Shown one piece after another: positions 42,994-57,300 of a stretch of 64,000 nucleotides of DNA. Each line of letters starts with the position of its first letter. Within the stretch, counting starts at the first letter, position 1. Under the pieces are notes generated by a model, which had not been told where the DNA came from, did no database searches, and saw nothing but the letters and a program-made list of their open reading frames with translations. The translations under genes and the position numbers were made by a program. This DNA comes from Paraspadella gotoi (taxonomy: Eukaryota > Animalia > Chaetognatha), in contig CM119265.1 in assembly GCA_051294375.1 (NCBI GenBank), positions 18,524,631 to 18,588,630 of the forward strand, written 5' to 3'.

Positions 42994-45900
42994 ATGGGAA
43001 TACCAAAATTTTATCGATGGATAAGCGAACGATATCCTTGCTTGAGCGAGGTGGTGAAGGAACACCAGATCCCCGAGTTCGACTGTCTATATTTAGACAT
43101 GAACGGCATTATTCACCAGTGCTCTCATCCCAACGATGACGACCCTCACTTTCGCATCTCAGAGGAGAAGATTTTTAAGGATATCTTCCATTACATCGAG
43201 ATCTTGTTTCGCATGATCAAACCCAAGCGGTCTTTCTTTATGGCCGTCGACGGCGTGGCTCCACGGGCCAAAATGAACCAGCAACGCGGTCGCCGTTTTC
43301 GCGCGGCCAAGTGCGCCGAGGACGCCGTCAAGGAGGCTTTGGAAAAGGGGGAGGACCTGCCCGCAGAAGAGAGATTTGACTCCAACTGCATCACGCCCGG
43401 TACCGGCTTCATGGCAAAACTACAAGAACAATTAAAGTACTTCGTTACACGAAAAATGACAGAAGACAGGTTAGTTAGAACTCTTCGAATTTTAAACGGA
43501 TTTCCAATCGGAGTGAAAAGATTTGTTATTACTCTTAACTGACTCAATATGATTGATATTTGATCATTTCATTAGTTAGAAAATATAAAATAAAAAGGGC
43601 TGTCATTGTGGCTGTGAAAAAGTTTTAAAACATTCTGATTGCTCAAATTTTTAAATTTTTAAATTTTTAAACATTTTTTATTTTCATAAAAATATATCTT
43701 ACAACAATAAGGTGCTATTCATATGCAAAAATTTTCTTTTTTTGAAATTCGACCATGGCATTAATGAGCGCATAACTAAGAAACTTAGCAAGCTGGACCA
43801 CTGGGAGTTAAAAAATAAAAAACTTCAGAAATTTTTTTTACTAGGGTGCAAAATTTGAAGTTGCTATAATTAATAATTTAGCCACAGTATCTTTTCATTT
43901 CACTCGCATTTGAAATCCGTGTATCTTGCGAATATTTTTTAGTAATTTTATTTTTGAATATTTGTTAATTTTATCAAAAAAAACAAAACTTTTTTTTAAA
44001 ATAACGGAAATAGAACTTCTTTTAATTTATTACTTCATGCTCATCCTTTTTGGTAACAGATCTTGGCACGGAGTGGACGTTTACCTCTCTGGTCACGACT
44101 GCCCAGGCGAAGGGGAGCACAAGATCATGGACTTTATCCGATGGAAGAGATCGCACCCCGACTACGATCCCAACACCCGACATTGCCTCTACGGTCTGGA
44201 CGCCGATCTCATCATGCTGGGCCTCTCCTCACACGATCCACGTTTCTCGCTCCTGAGGGAAGAAGTGCGATTCGGCAAGCAAGCTCAATCGAAGCGCATC
44301 ACCGCGCCAGAAGAGACCACTTTCCATTTGCTACATCTGGGTCTCATGCGCGAGTATATTGAGATGGAGTTTGCTGACATTTCAGTTCAAGTCACTCACT
44401 TCGACATCGACAAGCTCATCGATGACTGGATCCTCATGGCCTTTCTCGTCGGGAACGACTTCATTCCTCATCTGCCACATCTTCACATTCACCAAGACGC
44501 TCTGACGATTCTCTTTGGGATCTATAAGAAAGTTATGCCCAAATTAAAGGGTTATATCAATGAGGGGGGTCGTCTCAATCTGGAAAGATTCCAGACGTTC
44601 ATGGAAGAGCTGGGCAAGTGGGACGAGGACACCTTTCGCGACGAATGGGAGGATCTTTCCTGGCTGGAGGGGAAAAAGGCGATGAAAGGGATGGAAGAAA
44701 ACTCGAAGAACGAATCCAAGAAGCAAAAAACTCTGGAGAGCGCCGCTCCGATCGATACCAGCAATCCTTTTGCTATGTTGGACAAGCAGCGTCTAGAAGA
44801 GGCCATGGCCGAAGATCCAGACGAAGAGCTTGAAGACTTTGGGTTTGGGTCCCCGCAAATTGTTCAACGAGTCGGGGAGCTCCCGGGTGGAACCTCCGCC
44901 GCAGATCTTACCGACGAGGAGATGTTTCAGATGGAGTTCGCGCAGCACAAGTCTCACTACTACATGGACAAGATGGGATTCAAGGAAGTGACGCCTGTTG
45001 TGCTGCACGAACAAGCAGTCACCTATGTGACTGCGATTCAATGGAATCTCCTTTATTACTACGACGGTTGTTCGTCGTGGGGATGGTTTTATCCTCATCA
45101 TTACGCCCCTTTCGCTTCAGACATCAAAGGATTTAAACACCTTAAGATCGAATTCGAGTTCGGAAAGCCGTTTTTGCCGTTCCAGCAGTTACTTGCTGTT
45201 TTGCCCCCATACTCTAAAAAGCATCTTCCCTCTGCCTATCACTCCCTCATGACGGAGCCAACTTCGCCCGTTATAGACTTCTATCCAACAAATTTTGACC
45301 TGGATCTCAACGGAAAACAACAGGTTAGAAAATTTGATAACGAGACCATCCATTAGTAGAGCGTAGTGAAAGTATTTTATGAAAATTCTAAAAGTCAATT
45401 ATGAACAACGTACCACCAGTGAACTCTTAATGTACGTGTAGTAAAAAAATAGATTTTTTTAAATTTTCGCAGTATGCGATATTTATATATAGTACGATCC
45501 TTGCTATCCCACTATTAAAATTTCAAAAAAGGCATTTTTTAATTTTGATGGCAGATTCGTAAAAAGTTGATAAAAAAATCATTTCGATGTTCTGAGATGA
45601 TATAAGTGACTTAGCGAAAAGATAATGGGGGGCGACCGACAGACCGACAAAAGGAATTATAGAGCCGAAATCTGCTTATCAGCAGAACCGACTAAAAATT
45701 ATAAATGGGAAATGTAGATTTCTGAAAGAGGAATCTATATGTATAAGACTATAAGGTTTTTAAAAAATCGGTTATTCAAGAGGTTAATAATACGTTTTTC
45801 TTCTTCTCTCGCGCTCTGTTTGAGTATTTTTTAAAAATCATTGCTCGCAAGTGGATAGGTAAATTTTAACTAAATTTTACCAATATTTCCCTTTTTTATG

Positions 45901-48900
45901 AATATTATAGACTCGTAATCTTTTTCATAATAAAGGAATCTAACAAGATTTATTTAGGAAGTTTGTGGGTATCCTCTTTTTTTTTTATGCACGGGACTGT
46001 ACAAAGTTGTTCATTCCTTTCTTTTAGAATTCCATAAAAGTCAAATTTAAAAATTTTACTACCCTTTAACTAGTAGTCGGGTATTGTGACGAGTTCGCTC
46101 CGCTTATAAATATAACTATTTTAGTTATGACCTGGTGGGCCATTGAGTAAAGCCATTAAGCTCGTGACCATTAGGTACCTGAATCGATTCCCGGCCGTAA
46201 ACCGCCTTGGGGGCCTTGAAAACCCCCAAGCCCGGTTCCAAGCCAGGACCCGTTCCATTGCTGGCGAGTTAGCTAATGAAGTTAGTGTGGTTGTATATTC
46301 ACACCGCCTCACATCCACCATTGTTCAGCCAATCCCATTGGCTGAGATGGGGAACGCGCAATCCCAAGCGTTACGTTCCATCCACAGTTCCATTCCACAG
46401 TCCTAACGACTTCCCTCTGCGTTGGCAAAGCGAGACCGTCCTAGGGTAACCGCGCCAGTGGAAGGCGGATTGCCATATTAGCCCACTTACCGTCTTATAC
46501 ACAACCATAAACTGGAAAATATCAGTTTTTGTAATTTACATATCAATGAAATAGACATATATTGGTTATATATATATATTGATTGTACCAATTTCATATT
46601 AAATTATTAATTTTAACAGGATTGGGAAGCCGTGGTTTGCATACCATTCATCGAAGAACGACGCTTGTTGGCCGCCATGTCGACGGTGGAAGGAAACTTA
46701 CAACCCGAGGAGCGTCGGCGAAATTGTCATGGACCCGCTTTATTATATCAATATTCCAAAACGTCTCTCGGACTTTATAAATCGTCGCTGCCGGGCGCTT
46801 TACCAGATATCAAAGACAATCACGCAGCTGTCACTCCCATACCTCGGGAATCTATGTTGCTGCCTGGACGCGACATAATCAAGGGAGCCATCCCAAATCC
46901 GCGTCGAGACGTATACTTTCCCGGTTTTCCCACTATGCGTCATCTGGATTTCACCTTTAGACTGAAAAAGGACAACGTGAAGGTGTTTCAGCAGCCGTCG
47001 AGAGGGGAGACAATGTGCTTGCTATTAAAAGACTTTCGAGCGGACGCAACGGTTGATGCTGTCGCTGATATTTGCCTCGGACGGGTCGTCTTTGTTTGCT
47101 GGCCTCATTTGCAGGAAGCGTTGGTCGTGGGCGTTTGCGACGGCGCTCGAAGAATTGCCTTGCGGGAAAAGAATTCTAAACCAGTGGTCAATGGAGCCAA
47201 TGATAATTCACAGGTTCTGTTTATGAAAGTTACTGAAATTTCCCAAATGTCGCTTCTGTTTTTGTTAAAAATACCCAGGGACATTTCATCAATTTAGCTT
47301 ACATAATAGTTAACAAATGTTAACAGTTTATGTGAACATATTTTATTTTTTAATTTTTAGAATGGGAACTCGCAACCTTCTTCTGGTCTCGGCGGATCGG
47401 AAATTGGGTGTGTGGCCAATCTTCCACCTGATCAGCGTATTAAAGTTCAGGAAGATCTGACGCAAAACGAAAACCACAAATGGCAAGTGGAGGCCAATCA
47501 ACTTTCCGATCGCTACAAAGATCGATTCGGCATCGACGTCGGGCCGATGACAGCAGTCACTCTTTACGTCTGCCCCTTGGTCGGTCGAAAGTACGTCATG
47601 CACAGCGGGGGAACACTCATCACGTTACAGAAGCAGTGGGCCTCCGTCGCCGTGGCATCACTGTGGCAGACCACCCTAGCTGATCTCAAAATTCAAGAAA
47701 GCTGGTGAATTCTAAATATAGGCTGGACAGCGACTTTTCCCTTTCGGCTTAAAAGTTAACCGTTTCCTTTTACGACAGCGTAACGAAATTTACCCAAGTT
47801 GAGGAACTCTACAGTCAAGGAAGCACCGTTTTTATGCTCGGAAGCCCGCATTACGGTTCGGAAGGAACCGTCAAAGAAATCGACCAAGTTTCTGGAAGAG
47901 TAAGGGTAGCCTTTCAAATTGTGGAGGAACCGGATCTAAATCAAATAATCAGAGATCAGCGGCGATTGCAGTTAAGGTGTGTTCAATAATATTGGTTACA
48001 TTTTTGTTTGGGTTTAACTACAGAAGTTAATTTTTCCTAACAGGTACATGCCCGGTTATGTGGCCGCACAGCAGTTAAGCATTTCTCCCCATCTCATTTC
48101 CCGAATTACTGGCTCAATCTACATCGCCCGCCACAATGAAGAGAAAAACACCGAACAAAAGATCAACATCGGACTTAATCTCAAGTTTAGCAAAAGAAAC
48201 AAAGAAATTCCCGGGTTCACCAGAAAGTCCAACAATAACGGCGGAGTGTGGGAATATTCCGAAAAAGCTGTCGAGATTATCGGGTTCGTTTTTTTCTTTT
48301 TGTCAGCTTCAACCGTGATTCTCTTAAACACTTTTCTGTCTGTCGGTCTGTGGACATTACGTTAATTAAAATGAGATTAAACTTTGTCACGGAAAAAAGA
48401 TACTATCATTTTCATAATATTTACGGAGATCAATGGGAAACGACAAACAGTTCAATTTCAATGATAAAGAGGCAAAGATAAGAAGCAGGATTATTTGGAG
48501 CATTTAGTTTGACCTAAACTAATCGTTTAGCGTAACGAAAATAACATAAAGTTAATAAATGAAGAAAGTATACACGTATACATGTATTGTATGGTGATTA
48601 ATGATAATTTACTATGATTCAGTGGAATACTGGGACGTGGCTTTTTTTCCCCGGGACTGCCGCGAGCGATGATATTCAAATTAATAATCTTTTTTTCGAA
48701 ACTTTCAGGGACTATATGGATAATTTTCCGGAAGTCTTTAACGGAATCGCGAGAGCGTCGAACAGCGACGTCTACGACGAGGACACTATCTGGTCCGGCT
48801 TAGTGAAAAGCAGGTTTGTATTTCTTGTTTTTCAAGTTTTATACACTAATGATCGTAAAATTAATATTCGGTAAATTGTTTTTCAGGCTCCAAGAACTAC

Positions 48901-51900
48901 AAAACTGGTTGAAAGAAGCCCCTTGTCACGGCATCGAGCAGACACCCTGTGGGACGGAACGCTTAGACGAAGGGATAATTCGCGCTATTGAACAGGAGGT
49001 TGACGCCGCCATTGAGAACGCGGATGACTCTAATCGAAAAGCAAAGAAAGTGGTTATGCGCGTTCGACCACATCTTCTCCATCGACCTCTTGGGTCACTC
49101 GGTATCTCACAAATTCCAGATCCAGCAGCCGCATATGGGATTTTCGACCGGATCGTCAATGTCAGAGAAGGTGGGTGACATCTTTTTTTTTCTGGGGAAA
49201 GGAATATTCTATGGCAACAGCCAGGTTGCCTGTAATGCCCATTAGGATGGGGCATCTCACTGTTGGCTTTAGGGGCTACCGACCCTCAGTGACGCCTCCT
49301 GTCACCATAGGACAGTCTCGCGTTGCCAACACAGAGGGAAGTCGTTAAGAATGTAGATGGATCGTAACGCTTGGGATGGTGCATTCCCCTTCTGAGCCAA
49401 TGGGATTGGCTGAATGAAGCTGGAGGTGAGGCGATGTAAATATACCGCCACAATTCACAACTTTATTTTAGGTACGATTGCGAAAAAAGGTTGACAAACT
49501 TGAAGCTTTATATATCCTTTCATATTAAACTGAACGACAGAAAAAAGCTGTTCTTTTTAGCAGAAAGTTTTATTTGATGAAAAAACATATACAGAAGGCT
49601 TCATATTAGAAAAGGCTCTCCCGTTTTTTCGAACCGAGAATCGGTTCCGATTAGACCTACTTCGGTGAAATTTTTCATGAATTAACTTTGGGGCAATAGA
49701 AATTTGCCCTATGACCCGAGATATGGGCCCCACAGGGGTCAGCCCAGGCGAGCAAAAAACGGGCAAAAATTTTGTTTGTGTTAATTTTTTTATCCTGATC
49801 AGTTTGACAAAAAAAAACATTTCCAGGATCATAAACATAAGAGGTTCATGTCAGCTTTCGAGTGAAGAGCAAAAATTAGATCTAAAATGTACTAAACTTT
49901 AAATGGAGACTAATCAATTTAAAGTTATGAAAATTAATTCTAAAATGGTTTTTCTACAAAGTTCTACAAGTACATAAAAGCAATTGATATCACGAAAAAA
50001 TTTACTTTTAGAGAAAAAAAAATCTTTTTGGTCATTTTTCCCCCTAGGGCCCTGTATCTTAGCTCGGGGGTAAACTATTGAAAATCGCCTCGATAGTCCC
50101 ATTGGGATGCTGTATGAAAAATATTATAGAATTTGGTTCAGTGATTTGGTCAGAACCGATACTCGGTCAGAAAAACGGGGAGAATTTTGTACCATGTGTA
50201 ATTAACTACGGATAAACGGAAAACAAAACTTTCTTAGGATACTCTGTACCTCTCGGCCTTCGGGGCACGGTGGTGGGAGTAACCCAAGCCATTCAGGAAG
50301 CAGATCGTGTCTACGAAGTTCTCTTTGATCGGGAGTTTATGGGCGGACTCTCGGCTCGCGCTTCTGGCCCTCGTATCTATCGCCTTCCACTGACGGCGAT
50401 GATCAATTTGTCTCACGGGCAGCGACGCGAGCCAGCCGCCTTTCAAGTCATGCGACCCACAGCCGTTGTTCATCCCGTGAACTCCGTCCCCGCACATTCT
50501 GAAAATTCATTTTCATATCCTCGCGAGGTGTCTAGAGCATCCGGAGTCTGGAATAAAAAAATGACCGCTGTATCGCGGGAAGATTCTTTTGGCTCTACGG
50601 CGCCCGGTGCTTACCCGAACGATCGCGGAGGAAACCCTTCCGTTTCACGTGCCCCTCGCGGGTCGAAGGAAAAAACAGTAAGTTCAGGAAACGCTTTTTT
50701 TGCTAAGTGTACTATCAAGTGTTAGTTTCACTATTTGCATTACTTTTTCAGACAAGAAAAGTGGAAATCGTGGAAAAAGTGAGCACGTCGATGAAACCAA
50801 AGATAGACATCAAAGATCTCTTTAGTCAGACTCAACAAAATAAAGCAGAATCCGTTTCTGTAGCAACTCTGGCTAAAACTGAATCGAAAACCGATTTTGA
50901 TAAACTCATCCAAGGTTAGTATTCGTAATTTGTACTTCTGCAGGTAGCATTAATACTCAATTATGGGTTAGAATTATTTTTAATATTTCTTGATCACCGA
51001 TCTTCGTAGCTTTGAAACTGTGAAAGCTGTGAAACGAACTCGAATAAAATGACTTGAAATATCGTTTAATATTTTCGCATCATTTAAATTTAAATGGCCA
51101 AGCTACTACTGATTTAATATAACTCGTTTAGGTCTAAGTAATATGAAAACGAAAGATGACGCAACCGACGAGCAACATATCGCGCGCAAGGAACAGTCGG
51201 ACATGTTAAAAAAAATTCTAAACATCCAGTCAAAGTCGAGCGACATCTCGCCGTTAGGAATTCCAACCGCCGCTAACGTTTCCTCCTCTTTTTCCGCATC
51301 ATCTGCATCGTCCTCCTCCATTCCCAGTACGGGCGCATCCTCCCCACCCAATCGTCGCTCAGAAAATGTGGCTAAGTTGGAAGATTACTTGGCTCACCAA
51401 ATGAAGGTCAAAAGCAAACCCCGGTTCGAGGTCTTGCCTGGTCCGAGTCCCGGAACTCACGTGGCCGTCGTGACGGTCGATTGTCTCGAGGGTCCGATGA
51501 CGCTGCGCAGCGAGCCGAAGCAGTCGACCGATTTCGCCGTTGATGTGGCTGCATCTATGGCGCTGCAGACGCTAATGATAAAAAACATCGTCCCGGGGTG
51601 GCAAATGGCTCAGTCGGCTAGTGCCGGACCCCAAGGAGTTTCCAACGAGTTGGAAACTAACTCTGCCCGTTTACTGCCGTCTCCCGGATCTGCTTTTACT
51701 GCCGTCCAATCTCCCCAGCAACAGTTCCCGACTCCACCGCGTCTTTATATGCAGTCTAGCATGCCGCCGCCTAACACTTTTATAGGGTTACCGGCTCGAA
51801 TGCTCCCCATTACAACCCAACACCAATCGAGCGTCCCTCATCTATCTTTCCATTCGGACGGTATTTTTAAACAACCGCCGCCCGCAACAGCTGTGAGTTT

Positions 51901-52902
51901 CGTCCCGGGAGCAGCCGCCCCCGTTAGTTTTCCGGGGTCGTATCCTTGGCAACTAGGAATGACCAGACCCATAAAAGATCCAAATCTGGCCTCAGTGGGC
52001 GTCTCCTCTCGTCAGGGCGGGTCTGGCATACCTCCCTTATTCGTTCCCCTGCAGGTGAGGCCGAGCTTTATGGGCTATACGTAATTACGCACAGTTTATT
52101 TGGTTACTGTGACATTATTACCATGTTTAACCAGAGTAGAAAGAATTTTATTTCTAAGATCTACTGTTCGAAAAATTTAGTTCTCAAAAGAATAGTCGCA
52201 TTTTTTAATGATTGAAATATTTTAATCAATAACTGTAACCTAGTTTTGTCTATAGTGGTAGATTTCATGCAATCTTTAACTTTGTTTTGTCTTTAGTCTT
52301 AGCTTTTTTGATGCTCATGCATTTACTGAGTCAACTTCGTTGAATTCGAAATTAAACGCACATATTATTCTTACTGTTGTGAGATTTGCACGAATAAATC
52401 TGATTTGAAAATTGTACGTATGATAAAACGATTCGGATCGAGTTCTTACTTCGGCTTATCCAGAAATTCACAATTTTTTTACGATATAATAAATCCGTCT
52501 AATAAATCCGTCTGCTTGTCAGGTTTCAAAAAAAAACCGAGCGCGAGATCGCGTCTCGGAACGCGATTCAACCGAGGAGCGAGAGGCTGTCCCGGCGCTG
52601 CATGATCATTCCCAAACGCTTGCTAGCGGAAATTTACATCCCGCGTTGGAATCAGCGATTTCTACCAATGTGCCACCTCCCGTTGAAGGATATGTCCCAG
52701 ACGCACCTCTGATCTCCACGGATGTCTCCCAATCTGACCAAACGAACGCCGTCAAAGGTTTGCTTTTTGATTCTCAAATTTCATTTATAATTTATTGACA
52801 AATAATTTTTTATTATTTTCAGTAAAACAAAAGAATAGTGGTTCACGACGGTCGAAAAAGAAATCTCGCGTGGCCGCCAACTTCGGAGGGGCTGAAAGTT
52901 GA
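42994..52902 (+). CDS. XRN1: 5'-3' exoribonuclease 1
   Basis: 13 GT-AG exons: 42994-43469, 44060-45323, 46620-47213, 47361-47704, 47779-47976, 48044-48283, 48709-48813, 48887-49170, 50238-50677, 50752-50914, 51132-52054, 52523-52757, 52823-52902. MGIPKFYRWISERYP, YLDMNGIIH, DGVAPRAKMNQQR, PGEGEHKI, YGLDADL, GNDFIP, INIGLNLKF, VPLGLRGTV, FVPLQV, C-terminal RVAANFG. Confidence 0.97.
43505..43921. mobile_element. Truncated copy of the 32339-33250 element
   Basis: Shared AACTGACTCAATATGATTGATATTTG..AAAAGGGCTGTCATTGTGG..TGAAATCCGTG|TA. Confidence 0.8.
46123..46495 (+). mobile_element. SINE-like repeat in XRN1 intron 2
   Basis: B-box-like GAATCGATTCCCGG near 46181; the body 46287-46450 is homologous in inverted orientation to 49303-49452. 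Confidence 0.6.
49210..49460 (-). mobile_element. Inverted copy of the 46123-46495 repeat, XRN1 intron 8
   Basis: Reverse complement shares CGCCTCAC..TTCAGCCAATCCCATTGGCT..ATCCCAAGCGTTACG..TAACGACTTCCCTCTG.GTTGGCAA.GCGAGAC. Confidence 0.75.
49617..50183. mobile_element. MITE with ~35-bp imperfect terminal inverted repeats
   Basis: TCTCCCGTTTTTTCGAACCGAGAATCGGTTCCGA vs TCAGAACCGATACTCGGTCAGAAAAACGGGGAGA. Confidence 0.65.
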
Positions 52903-54308
52903 AGATTGGTGTACTTTGTACCCATTTCAATTGTTAATTGACTTTAGATTTATACGCTAAACGATGTTTTTATTCTTTTAGTTATACTTCTTGATTTTTT
53001 TTTATTATGATAATGTTTGTAAACATTTGTTTTCACTTTCGCGAAATAAAATACAAAATCAATTTTACGCTTTTGAGCACTATAGCTCTATGGCCTGAAA
53101 TCTAAAATTTCATCGTTCCGATAAATAATTCTCATTGTTTTACACTGTTTTACAAACGTAAGCTATAAGGGCTCTAACAATTATGTTTTGTTAATTTCGC
53201 ATTTAAACTTTTAATGCAAGTTGAACTGCATTATTTGTGAGCGTAGGGATGATTTTGTTTAATTTTAAATAAGTTAGCATAATACGATTTTGTTTGGATT
53301 CTGGTTAATGACTATATTGTAGGTTCATCCTTGTTAAATACACCTTCATGTTCAACTCGTGTTTATTTTTTTTAGGGGTGGATATAATAACTTCGATTTT
53401 AATTTCTTTTGTTTAATGTAGCGTAACTTGCTAGAAAAACGCTGCGCATAGTTAATCTCACAAAATTCTTTTTTTATTTTCTCTGTTTAACATTTAAAAG
53501 GAAAACGTTGGAAGCTACCTTTTTTTGGACTCGAATAATTCGTGTGCTTTTCATTACAAATAGTTCCTTTGTGATTTCTAAGGAAGGTTTTGAGGAAGTT
53601 TAAACTTGTACCTCTGTTTGTTGATGATGATTGTACTGAATCAACCTCGTTGTATTCGAATAAAATCGCATATATATAATATTATATATAATATAAAGAA
53701 GTTATAAAACCGGTTTACAGGATATTTTACTAAAAGGACTTTAAAATTCATCGATTGGCACGAAACTAAGTGATAAGTAAGGTTAATTTTTAACCAGGTA
53801 ACCTGATAACCCAGTTTAATTTCAATTCGGCCTCGGCCCTCTTTCGTTGGCAGCGGTAAGCAAAAAAGCTGTTCCTTACAGAAAAAAAGTCATGTGATGT
53901 TTTCGTAATAATTGTTCCAGCTACTAATAACATTGACGTAAGTTATGTTGTCAAACATTAGATAACGTTTTCCATTGACCTCACGTTGTTATAACATATT
54001 TTAATGATAGCCCCATTTATAATGGTCAACTTTCTGGTTTTGAGTTTTTTAATAAACAATTTTTCTTAGATGTTATTCTTTCGTCTTGCCTCAAAACTCT
54101 CGGCAGTGTGCAAACATTGCTCGCCAAACTTTGGAACCTTGCCTCTCGATCTTTAAACATTTTATGGAATTCTTCCTTTTATCTACATAAGAGTTCGTCG
54201 TGCAACTTGAGAATGGAATTCGTAAAACTTAAAAAATAGGTGCCAAACCTTTTCACTATTCGAACTTTCCTGAAAGGAAAACCAATTAACAACTAAAAAT
54301 TGGCCAAA

Positions 54309-57300
54309 ATGGTTTTTGAGTCCATCATCGTGTCGGCGCTGAATCCGATTCTAGGAAAATATATCGAGGATCTTGACGCAGGACAATTGAGAGTGGGAAT
54401 TTTGGGCGGGGACATCAAATTAGAGCACCTCAAACTCAAGGCCAACATATTGGCCGATCTCGATTTACCGATATCGGTCCATACAGGTAACTCGTGTGAT
54501 TATTTACGCGACTCAAGGTTTTATCCCTTATACTAGGGGTAGCCCCACTCAATGGGGTGAGTCAAAAATTTTAAATGATTACATGCTCAAACGAAAATTT
54601 ATACATTTTGAAGTATACTTTCAATGGAAAAAACATTTCTTATGTGGCTCTATACCCAAAAATTTAATTTTTTTAATATTTATTTATAAATGGGAAAGGC
54701 CAAAATTTTTCTTTGATAATTTTTAAATTTTAAGACCAGATTCAGATAGCTCATAAAAAGTTGTCGACACAAAGTATAATTTTTTTAAAAATATTTTCAT
54801 GATAAGCGAGTCAAAAATAAGAAAAACCGTAAAAAATCATCATTATCTTTCGCTGATTTTATAATTTTTTTATATTTTCACATAGAAAACGTAAGAATTT
54901 TTTAAAGCTTTAATTATATTCCTTGTTTAACTTTTTATGCTCTATCAGAATCCATAAAAACATTTTTAGATCTCAAAAAAAAAATTTTNNNNNNNNNNAG
55001 ATCTAAAAAAAAATTTTATAATATAAAAAAGACAAGTAATATTTAATCTATTAATCAAGACGTATAATGTAAATTTTTTTTGAAAATGATTGCTTAAATA
55101 TTTAGTCAAGACAACTAAAAATACTTTGCTAATAGTCGAAATTTTTTATTATCTCTTGAGTTGGTCCCTGCTTATACGTAAATGGGGTGGGGTGAATTAT
55201 TCTCTGTCCCTTCCCCAGGGTATCTCAAAAAATTGGTGGTGAAAATTCCGTGGAAGAACCTCTATACGGAACCCGTTGTCATCAACATCGAAGGTCTCTA
55301 CCTACTGGCGACGCCAAATTCCGCATCCGAGTATGACCCAGCGGCTGAGGCGGCGTCCTTGCTGCAAACAAAAAAGGATGCCATTTCGAGGTTTTTTCCT
55401 AGAAAATTGTTTTAACGTAATAAATACATTATAACTTCTACGTATATATTATTAACGTTGAATCATCGATGCAGGTACGAAGCCTCGCGATCGCCGCCGC
55501 TTGAAGCCGCAGTGCCGTCTACACCCGGATTTACGGAAAAACTCGTCACTCAGATCGTGAAGAACGTGCAAATTGTCATCAACGACATTCATGTAAGATA
55601 CGAGGATGTGGTCACGGACCCAGATCATCCGGTCTCGGCTGGGGTTACGCTGAATCGACTCACGGTGAGACGAAACGAAGTCCCTCGTAAAATTTTTTGC
55701 CCAACGGGTTCGGTGACTGACGATTCTTTCCAAAATATTTAGTTTCAAACGTGTGACGAAAATTGGAGCCCAAAGATAATGGCCGACATGTCGACGCAAA
55801 TCTATAAACTGATCAGCATGGATTCGCTAGCGCTCTACTGCAACGCAATCGATTCAGAGACGACGCTTTCTCATCGCGGTGTCGGGTTGGAGGCAGTTTT
55901 GGCGCCCATGCAGAAATTAATAGCCAGGACAGACTACTGTCCCAAGGGCATGAAGTAAGCGGACACTAATTGGGTTAGAAATTGGTGAAAGTTTACGTTC
56001 GACATAAATGTTACGTTCCATCATAAACGCAGGTATCTCGTAAAACCGATAACGATGACTTCTCACGCAACGATCGAGACTCGGCCGGAACTAAAAGAGT
56101 TTAAAGTTCCCAAGGTCAACCTCGACATCTCTTTTCGCGAAATCGCCTTCACTTTTCATTCCACTCAATTCGAACAGGTTTGACTTGCACCCTATCAGGC
56201 ATTGAGCAATGAGCATTGCTTTATTATCGAAATTTCCTAGGCTGTCGCCTTTGGAAGCGCCGTAGACCAAATGATGGTGGCCAAAGAATACAAAAGATAC
56301 CGACCCGCGGTAAGCTTTCTCGTTTTTTTTTTTCTGACTTTCTTTATTATAGAGATTTTTTTGACCAGGCTAATTTACGTAACAATTATTCGCTATTGTG
56401 GCGTTTCGCAATAGAAGCCATTATGGAAGAACACATCAAGCCGAAGCATCGGCAGTGGACGTGGGAGTTTATGTCCGAAAGGTACTGTATTTTCGTTAAA
56501 TATTAGTTGTCGTAATATTTTAGAGTTTTTAAGAGAAAACAAAGAGTATTTGAATTTGTTACAACGATTTATTTATCACATGTAAGAGTTGTTAAAAAAT
56601 ATTTACTATAAAACTTGCAGAATAAAATTGAGAAAGCACTATCAATCGGCGTGGACACGAAAATTGTCCCGGAAAAACCCATCTAAGGAATTGTTAGCGG
56701 AGATTGAAGTCCTCGAATCCAATCCAGCATTGGACGTCTTTAACATCATCATCGCCAGACAAATTGCCACAAAAGAATACGAAATGACGTCCAAGAAGAA
56801 AAAAGGTACATATTGCGATTTTTTTATATTTCGTTTAAATATCTTGGCCTTTTTTGTTTAGTTGTTATATCTATGTGTTTTAAGTACATGTATTAAAATT
56901 TTTAAGATAATTTACAGTTTTCAAAAGGTCCAAAGCTCAAAAAGGTAGGTTAATGAATGGATAATTATTATATTGGTTGTACCAATTTCATGACAAAATC
57001 TAATATATATAAAATCTAATAATACGGTGGTGCCAGTTGTATTATCCAACGACCCTACCCAATACCCATAATCTTGAAAATCAAAATCACGCGTGGGGTG
57101 AAAGAGAATTTACCTCACCGTAAGTTCTTCAGTTTCTACAAAGGAGTCGGGACGTTCCTGATACTTTATTCTATTTCAGGAGATGAAGACAAGTCTTGGG
57201 GTTCTTGGATGGGTGGTTGGTTCAAAAACAAAGAGAAGGAGAAGTCGCCTTCGCCCGAAAAGACGAAGCAAGAAGGCGGCGTTGAAGCCGTCATGAATAA

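Noticed and set aside
41769-42994. Possible in-frame NUP58-XRN1 chimera (phase-0 GT at 41769 to AG at 42906)
   Set aside because: Formally in frame, but it would skip the conserved KRGKR exon and extend XRN1's conserved MG N-terminus; a 29-codon open stretch is expected by chance.
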